From NCBI GenBank assembly GCA_000091205.1, contig AP006494.2: a stretch of DNA of 64,000 bases. One strand, 5' to 3'. The notes beneath the pieces are model-generated. The model made no database searches. It was given only the letters and a program-made list of their open reading frames with translations, and was not told the origin of the DNA. A program made the translations under genes and the position numbers. This document shows positions 56,682 through 64,000 of this stretch, one piece after another (the stretch's first letter is position 1; every line of letters begins with the position of its first letter). The DNA comes from Cyanidioschyzon merolae (Eukaryota).

Positions 56682-57902
56682 ATGCGCTCGCATGAAATAC
56701 CCGGCGCTCGTGCGCAAAAACTGAGTTCTCCTAGCGCGACACCGGATGAGTTCGCCCGAGCCGCGTTGCGTCTTTCTTGCGCCGCCATCGTGGGCGTACG
56801 TGCACGCGCGCTAACCCAGCCCCGACTGCGCCGGAAAGCGCTCTTCTATATAACCAGAGAGAGCTGCGAAGTCATCGTTGACGTCTGTGAGTCATTTATT
56901 CAACGCATCGGATATATTGCCGCAAGGCTGGCCGAGCACAGCGGACGATCGCAGGTTACTATTCTGGACGTGCTCCAAACACTGGACGACTGGATCGCAC
57001 CGTGCGGAGGTGACAGCTTTCGCGTGTCGAGCCTCGTACAGTACGCCGCAATCGAAGAACTGCTACCACCTCGTGATTTAGAACCGTTCCCGCGACGGCG
57101 TTTGCCGCGGAATGTGGAGCGCAAGACCCAGGAGCCCAGTGCTCTCGAAGCAGCATGGAGCGCGGACGCGGACGCTCGTGAAGATGAGCTCGCTACCGAC
57201 GACTGTCTTCTGGATCTCAACAGACTGATGTGGGACAAACGCCTTGCAGGTGACGGTGAAGAGAGAGGTGATTCTGAGGCGATAAAATTCAAGCCAGAGA
57301 GTGCCAACGAGCCCGGCAGCGGCGTCGTGAAGGAATCCGGAACCGTCACAGCGTCAGACGCTTCATCAGACGAGAGAAGCCGAATCGCAGATGCGACGCT
57401 ACCCTCCAAGAGTGCTGGAGATAATGCTGATGCACAACAGAACCCTGAACAGGCTCGAGTACATGGTGCATGCATCGAACGATGGATGCCGCCGTTCCCA
57501 CCGCTGCACACCTATATGGATACGCCAGTCTACGCCGCTCCGGAAAACGAATCGGAAGTGGACAAGTTGCGCAGGCTCAATGAACAGCGATTACAAGTGG
57601 AGAACGCATTAGCGCGTGCTCGGGCTACCGGGTACCGACCTATCGAGAATCCATACCTTCAGTTACCCACGGTTGGGCGCGATGTCACCAAAGCCATAGA
57701 TATGCGGCCTGAAAGCCGACAGCAAGTACATGCAGCAGTAGGATCGCGGACGTTATCAGCGCGAGAGCCACTGGAAAGCGAAATTGTCACAGCCCGTATT
57801 CGACCTTCGAATCAAGAAGTTTCCGACAAGGCTGAGCGCATTCTTGCGGAAAGCGGCGGGGTCACCGAATCCGCACTACCGTCGTCTGAGTACAGCACAT
57901 GA
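56682..57902 (+). CDS. TAF8: TFIID subunit TAF8 homolog
   Basis: The ORF-track start at 56574 is TTG; ATG is at 56682. The N-terminal histone-fold/BTP-like region (FARAALRLSCAAIVGVRARALTQ...ILDVLQTLDD) is followed by the TAF8 signature WMPPFPPLHTYMDTPVYAAPENESEVDKLRRLNEQRLQVENALARA. Compare human WLPPFPDPHTYIKTPTYREP... Confidence 0.75.
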   Translation: MRSHEIPGARAQKLSSPSATPDEFARAALRLSCAAIVGVRARALTQPRLRRKALFYITRESCEVIVDVCESFIQRIGYIAARLAEHSGRSQVTILDVLQTLDDWIAPCGGDSFRVSSLVQYAAIEELLPPRDLEPFPRRRLPRNVERKTQEPSALEAAWSADADAREDELATDDCLLDLNRLMWDKRLAGDGEERGDSEAIKFKPESANEPGSGVVKESGTVTASDASSDERSRIADATLPSKSAGDNADAQQNPEQARVHGACIERWMPPFPPLHTYMDTPVYAAPENESEVDKLRRLNEQRLQVENALARARATGYRPIENPYLQLPTVGRDVTKAIDMRPESRQQVHAAVGSRTLSAREPLESEIVTARIRPSNQEVSDKAERILAESGGVTESALPSSEYST

Positions 57903-58897
57903 AGCGGCTTGATACGGCACCGCTTGGGAGCGAATGCGTTTTGTACGTGTATTTTTTCTCAGGCGTCGTACCAGACCTCCAGAATCTACTCGTGTCCAGT
58001 ACGTGTACGTTGCGTTGAAGAGAAGGGCTCGTTCGTGCGATACTCCGGGAGCCGAGTGCCTGTAGACGCGCCCAAAGCGCAGCTGCGGACGACCGCTGAG
58101 CCAGAACGGCTTTGGCATCTCCTTGCGGGCGCCGGTGTGAAGGGCTCCTATTCAGGACCGAGGTTGCTTGTACGGTTTTGGAGCGAGCGCCCCAGTCACA
58201 GTAGCGTTCGATATGCGCGATTGCTCCTCAGATGCATTGAAAAAAAGGGGTCCAGCAATCGCAGCTATGCCCTGCGGGTGAGCGGCATAGGAAAATGCTC
58301 GGAGCAGGCTGCTCCCGAGCGCGCCCTCATCTAGTACTGAAGACGCAGCTGTGCTGGGATTTCTTACGAACGCGTCCGACAATCTGCATGATAGGTCACT
58401 TCAACGAGCTGCTCGGTGACCGAGTCTTGGTTCCGCACCAAGCGGGCGACTGGGCGATCTCCGAGAGACGGCGACTTGTAGCCCGACTTGATCTACGGCG
58501 CTACGGCGAACACATTGGCATTGCCGTGCCTTCGAGCATCGCGCCTAAACTACTCCATTCGGAGTTGTATCAGATCCGACGCATTTCGTTTATTACTAGG
58601 TCCGTGTTCCCTGGGTACGAAGGCGAATGCCCTGACGATGCCCATCATCACCAAATGTGAGTGACTATTGTGCAGCTTTATGTGCCTGGGATCCGATCCG
58701 CAGGCTGCGAGCAACGACGCATCATTGCGTCTCCAGGGGCTCGAGGAAACGAAATCTCATGCAAACCGCACCAGGACGGCTCCGTACATACAACGTGACC
58801 CAAGCAAGTCGAGCTGCAGAGTGTCCTTACGCAAAATCAGACGCGACCTGGATCCCAGCGCTTCCTTGAACCCAGCAATCGGACAGTTGACTTGTAC

Positions 58898-60694
58898 TTA
58901 GGAAACGCGGGAACGATCGTTGCGCTGTCGTGCGTACACCTTGTTCGTGAGAAATGCATCAATATCCAGATCCTGGAGCTTGCGCAGTTTGTCCTTGCTG
59001 AATCCCGTTTCGAAACGTGTTGCGGGGAGTTCCGGTCTTGTTCGCGTTTCGGACTGCTGATCGTCCGCAAGCGCCGAGCTCCCAGCGCGCTCACGAGACG
59101 TCGTGGCACCTTGCAGCACCGGAGTGACAGGTGAGGGACGCGTTCCGGACCCGTTTCTTGCGGGCGGTGTCACAATCGCTGGGGTATCGCGCCCGCGTCT
59201 GGTATTGTCGGGCGGAACTACAGAAGCTTGCAGTGTCGACGCGGTAGCACGTGCGTCTGAGCACGGACTCGCCCGCAGACGTCCGGGCGGCGGCTCGGTC
59301 GGCGTAGCTTCAGCTGAGCTTGTACTCGACATATCGCTGTGTCGCATGAAGTGTAATGTACCGGGACCCGGCCACAAACGCGTCTGTGCGACGCTTGCAT
59401 CCCCGATAGCTTTTCCAGCGTTGCTCTCGTTATCTTGTGTCGTTAGGGTTGCTGGGATGGTGCTGGTGCTGGTGGTGGTTGCATTCGGCGGCCTTCTGGC
59501 GGCTTCTGCCGCAACGGACTCGTTCTGCTGCAAGCGCACAGCAGCAACGGGATGATCGACCACAGCCGCAGCGGCAACGGTGGTGTCCGAGGTCGCCCTT
59601 GGCGATGCATGTGCTGCCCTTGTCGTCACTGCAACGCTTTCGACTGCCGCATGGTGCGCTTCATTTACCGCGCTTTGCGGCGTTTCAGACGATTGAGCCC
59701 CGTCTGCATTCGAGCAGACGCATCGGGGCGATGTTTCATGCATCCCTCCACAATCCGGTCGTTCACGAGTGAAGGATTGCCTTCGTTCAGCGAGCTGCCG
59801 CAATGATGCCGTGGCGCCCGCGGGCTCGCATGGTGCCTCACCAAGTTGACAGGTTTCGGAAACACGGAATGTCGAGCGCCTATCCTCTGAGTTGCTATGG
59901 AGATTTGAGGCTGGTACGGCCATTTGGGGCTTTCCTCGCCTCCCGTCGTTCTCCAGTCGACCGGTACAACCGCGCTGCGACGTACGCTCTTGATGCGGTT
60001 GCGCGGGGTCCGCATGCACTCTTCCTGATTCGGGTGAGGCGCAAGCGCCAGATCCGACTTCATATCGAACTTCATCAGAAGATGTAGCTTCGGCAACTTG
60101 CAAGTTTGCAGCCAACAAAGAGCCCCGTGACTCCAGTGCCGCTTCTCGTGCACTCCCAAGGGACCCAGGAGCTCTCGCTAGCGCCGCATGAACTGCACAG
60201 CAAGCTGGGCGCATGTGTTCGTCCCGGGCGTGGTCAACAGCAGCAGTGCTCGTGCTTACCTCGCTCGTAAAGAAGCGACGCCTTCGTTTGCGCACCGCGC
60301 TGGCTTCATCTAGCGCCTGTAAGAGACGCTCAGCGGAGAGCTCGAGCGCCAGCGCCTCCTCCACCCCGTAGAGAACCGCGCTCCCGACAAGAAATGGATC
60401 AAGTTCCAACGGCTCAGGACTGTTCGCAGTACCCGCTGCGAATCGCAACGTACTTCGACCAGAAACACCTTCCAAAGCGGTTCCGCCACCACCTTCATCC
60501 TGACTGGGAAGTGACCGGGAACCCGCAACTGCTGCCGCAACACCACCCGACCTGCTGCCTGTTAGCTTGTCGGTACTTGGTGCAGTTACCTGGCAAGCTT
60601 CAAATCGCAAAAGATTTGCGCTTGCAGGTAACCTTTCTCTCTGAAGGAATGAAACAATAGCATTGAATACTTGCTCTCTAAGAAGCTCCTCCAT
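58898..60694 (-). CDS. hypothetical Ser/Thr/Ala-rich nuclear-type protein with an N-terminal LisH-like motif
   Basis: ATG verified at 60694. N-terminus EELLREQVFNAIVSFLQRERLPASANLLRFE is LisH-like. The central region is a long low-complexity S/T/A-rich stretch. C-terminus FETGFSKDKLRKLQDLDIDAFL. No confident family. Confidence 0.45.
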   Translation of the reverse strand: MEELLREQVFNAIVSFLQRERLPASANLLRFEACQVTAPSTDKLTGSRSGGVAAAVAGSRSLPSQDEGGGGTALEGVSGRSTLRFAAGTANSPEPLELDPFLVGSAVLYGVEEALALELSAERLLQALDEASAVRKRRRRFFTSEVSTSTAAVDHARDEHMRPACCAVHAALARAPGSLGSAREAALESRGSLLAANLQVAEATSSDEVRYEVGSGACASPESGRVHADPAQPHQERTSQRGCTGRLENDGRRGKPQMAVPASNLHSNSEDRRSTFRVSETCQLGEAPCEPAGATASLRQLAERRQSFTRERPDCGGMHETSPRCVCSNADGAQSSETPQSAVNEAHHAAVESVAVTTRAAHASPRATSDTTVAAAAVVDHPVAAVRLQQNESVAAEAARRPPNATTTSTSTIPATLTTQDNESNAGKAIGDASVAQTRLWPGPGTLHFMRHSDMSSTSSAEATPTEPPPGRLRASPCSDARATASTLQASVVPPDNTRRGRDTPAIVTPPARNGSGTRPSPVTPVLQGATTSRERAGSSALADDQQSETRTRPELPATRFETGFSKDKLRKLQDLDIDAFLTNKVYARQRNDRSRVS

Positions 60695-63584
60695 CCTTTA
60701 TGAACGCCAAGGCAGTTTCGGCACAGCGACTTGCTTGAGGGCGCGTGCGCGCGCAGTGCACCACGGAGACGCTGCGTTGACGTTTGCGCTAGACGAATGC
60801 ATCTCTGAAGGCTCAACGGGGCTTCAATTTGTTCTGGAGCTTACGAAAGGTGGGAGATTATCGCGGATTATAACGTACGTTGACGCAGATCCAGGTGTTA
60901 GCGCTACTGGAAGCTTGTACCACGGATCAAGGGACATACAGACTGGTGTTCGAGGTGCTGTGATCGTTTCCCTATTCTTCAGTTGCTTTGCGCTATACCC
61001 GTGGAATCGCGGTTCGTTTCAGCGATCTGACGTCCGGAAAAGTCTGGTACTAGCGGTTGGGGAACAACGTCTGAGGGTCAGGAGCGTCTGGCAGCACCGG
61101 CAGAGAACCATTGAGCTCTTCCGGTGTTACGGGTTGCTTTTGCGTGTTTTGGAAGGCTGTATAGGCTTGCGGACCCTCTCACCCACACCCAGACGAGGTC
61201 AGGTTAGAGGTGCTGGGCAGCGTTGTCGTGGCGAATACCAAAGTGTATGAACAGGTTCAGTCGGCTGTGCGCCGCACGATACCGAAGCGGATCGGAACGA
61301 GCGTGTTTGCAGCTACTGGCGCCCGAGCGCTTGGAATGAAGCAGCACTTGGAGCACAGTTCGTGACCTTGAACGACGCATCTGGCACCCTTTTGAGCTGC
61401 GAAGGCCAACTGGGGCTTGCAAAGATGGATCGGGACGAGATATCATGGGTCGAGTACTTCAGCATGTCGAGCAACAAGACACCTATTGTTTCAGTATGCG
61501 ATCGGGGCACGGGTGATAGAAGCGAAGCTTTCGCGGGACAAGTGTCATTGCGGAGCAACGCTTCTTTCTGCGCATTGCGGCCATTGCCCAGGTGTGCACG
61601 GCGCCCAGGTCAGTGCTGTCCACGCGCAGCTTTTTTTGCTGGTACGTCTGCACTTCCAGTGCGCTCTTCGGGCTTTTCTCTTGTGGAATGCGGTTCCTTT
61701 CTGGTATCGTGGCTGGGCAGGCGCCCATGGAAGGCAAACAGATGCCGGTTTGCTTTATTTGCGAAACACGAGCGAAACTTTCCAGACGCATTCCAGAGCG
61801 GGGAGCGCCGAAGCCTCAACCGCCAAAAAACGCCAGCCGCTGGATTGAAAGGTGCACTGTCGGACCTGTTGCATCGGGTTCCGAACCTGCTGCCTGCCAG
61901 GGACCGGGATCTGCGGTCCGATCTGGTGTCATGTCTCCAGCGTCTAGGCCGTGTAAGTCTGCTTTCATTCTTGCTTCTCTTTATAGACGCGTATTTGTCG
62001 CTCGTCGTGTTCAGTATAGGCTTGACGAGCACTGCGCTCTTCATCGTATTCCCGGGCACGGAGGAACGGCTTCGTACTCGCACCAGAAAGGCACTTGCAC
62101 AAGTCGGCTCAAAGATATGCGCATCTGCCGGGTCGCTTGGGCGGCGGTGTCGTACTGCTCTTCTAGATCAACTGCGCAAGTTACTCTAGCGCTACCGGGC
62201 AAGCAAGTCACGGTTTATGCCAAATGGCGCCCTGCGGTGATCGCTCATGCGCAATTCAGGCGGTTCGGCAACCAGGCGTAAAATCAGCAGCGGGATTGCA
62301 TGCCTTGCCGCATATATTCATCTGGTAGCGCTTTATGTGAGCAGAGCGGCACCGGCTTCCAAGCAAGTCATCCAGACAGATGTTCTCTTATATTCAGGAT
62401 CTTTCGCGCTATCCAAGGAATCCCCGATAGCGCAACGGCCATCAACATCCGGCAGAGTGTTCATCGTTTCGCGCCATAACTTCAAGCATCCATCACCGAT
62501 ACTTCTCGTTGGAGACCGTCGTCCGTTTGTCCGACAATGCGGATGGCGCATGTCGGCCGCCAGCGCCAACTGCGGTGCCCAGAGTTCCGGAGCGGTCGGA
62601 CGGAAAACGCTTTTGAGCACGAAGCGTGCCCTGGCAATGTCGCCTGTTTCTCAACCCGCCTGCATCAGCGCTGTTCGTACCGTTCACTGAAAGCGTAGCC
62701 ATCCATTCTATGTTTACAGCGGATGGATGTACATTGCCCGCGATTTGAGAGGAAACGCAAACCCACTGAACGCGACATCTTTTGCGCGTATTTCCCCTAC
62801 CTGATTCAAAGTGCTTGCAGGACGATGCCCATATCCGAATAAAATGCAACGGATCCTCCAGCTGGGGCGCGCACGTTATAGTTTGTGACTCTTCCCATTT
62901 TCATCAGCACCAGCTTTTGCAGGCTTTTTCTACGACTGCTTCCTTATCTTCTCTGTTATCTCCGCCTGCAAATAAGCGGGTGTCTACTCAATTTCCAACT
63001 CCGTTGTCAGCAGTCGCAGGATGTTGATGTCAGCGATCATCGACAGATTACGCCGATTCGGACTGCTGTCTACGCATTTGATGCACAGAGGCTGATTTTG
63101 ATCTACGGTTCGCTTGCAATTTTCATCTTTTTCATACACAGCCGCGATCCACCATTTCCAATTGGTGAACCTCGGCTGCGCTCAGGCGTTCTCAAATGTT
63201 TACGATACGCCCGCCTCCGAGAGCCGCACAGTGACGCACAAATGCTTACTCGATCGCTCCGTTATGCCCGTGACGGGTACCGTAGGCTTCATTCGATGCC
63301 TTCTTCCACGTTCACGCCCAATGCCGTCCCCTTCGATAACGTCATTCTTCTGGGCAATGCTTCTTCGAGTATGCTGTCCGCTGCACGAGCAAGCGCACGC
63401 TGTCTCATTCGAAACTCGGTATGCGATTTGCACAACTATCGGAAACTGTACTGCAGTGTCTCCTTCAGCAAGATGTCACATGATTCTTTTGGACAAAAGG
63501 CCCTCGCTGCGCATGAAGCGCTTGCGTGCTAGCTTTTCTCTTCCGACAAGCATGCACTGATTCGAAAAATAAGATTCTTTAAAA

Positions 63585-63953
63585 TTACTGCACAATCGAC
63601 AGCTCCACGGGGCGACGTTTTACGTACGCACCCTGGCGTTCCACGATCGCTCTCCAAGCGTCGTCCTCCGAGCGGAAAACAACACACGCTAGAGGCCGAG
63701 CTTTGCGTACAGGTACGGCATCTGCAACCTCGGTTCCTTCAGCGGCCAGTTGCGCCGCGGCATCCGTCTGCTCCGCGGTGCTCCCTGAAGTGTCCTCTGT
63801 GTGCGTATCCGCATCCGCTTCGACCTCAGCTGCGCTATCATGAAGGCGCACCTCCTCAACGTCGTAAGCGTTTACAAACAAGCGCCAAACGTCAGCAGCT
63901 TCTACCCCTCTTGCGAGGTTCGAGCAAACAACTGCTCGGCCAACGTCGGACAC
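63585..63953 (-). CDS. small RRM-domain RNA-binding protein; N-terminus uncertain (GTG at 63953, may continue toward the window edge)
   Basis: RNP-like elements: VVCSNLARGVEAADVWRLF (beta1/RNP2-like) and ACVVFRSEDDAWRAIVERQGAYVKRRPVELSIVQ (RNP1-like beta3 and following). An acidic linker sits between them. Confidence 0.5.
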   Translation of the reverse strand: MSDVGRAVVCSNLARGVEAADVWRLFVNAYDVEEVRLHDSAAEVEADADTHTEDTSGSTAEQTDAAAQLAAEGTEVADAVPVRKARPLACVVFRSEDDAWRAIVERQGAYVKRRPVELSIVQ

Positions 63954-64000
63954 TCGAGACAGCGCCGGTCGGTGGAGTTCCCTCTCCAGAAAAGACTCGG

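Noticed and set aside
1-64000. CRISPR arrays, rRNA genes, prophage or other prokaryotic mobile-element structures.
   Set aside because: No short direct-repeat/spacer arrays and no rRNA-like conserved blocks. The gene content and organisation are eukaryotic-nuclear throughout.

Overview
This 64-kb window looks like nuclear DNA from a GC-rich, intron-poor, gene-dense eukaryote, with about one gene per 3.4 kb.

The organism is almost certainly photosynthetic: a CSP41-type chloroplast RNA-binding protein is present. Several bacterial-ancestry genes carry long N-terminal extensions: CarB-type CPSase, UvrC, PIN-PhoH, an RlmA-like methyltransferase and an ABC1 kinase. These probably encode organelle-targeted proteins. 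Classic eukaryotic nuclear genes sit alongside them: SWI3/SMARCC, TAF8, ATE1, a MINDY deubiquitinase, FCF1, RNR R2, GDH and 6PGDH. The overall architecture is compatible with a unicellular red-alga-like genome. That placement is my inference, not something the sequence shows.

I can support about 19 protein-coding genes. Several starts are uncertain because the ORF track translates GTG/TTG starts as M. I checked ATG codons by hand where stated.

Non-genic or unusual content:
- A TnpB/Fanzor-like RuvC nuclease gene (RuvC-I and RuvC-III motifs visible) is broken across three reading frames. Its 3' end lies directly against the 5' end of the SWI3 gene.
- Two unrelated low-copy direct-repeat families are each present twice. 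Family A is about 630 bp, with copies 12 kb apart. Family B is about 1.13 kb, with copies 9.8 kb apart. Each pair brackets a block of housekeeping genes.
- A perfect 103-bp palindrome lies in the FCF1/CSP41 divergent promoter.
- A 2 x 138-bp tandem duplication lies in an intergenic region.
- (GT)n, (CA)n and (CTG/CAG)n microsatellites are scattered through the window.

I could not support any rRNA, tRNA or CRISPR feature by eye.
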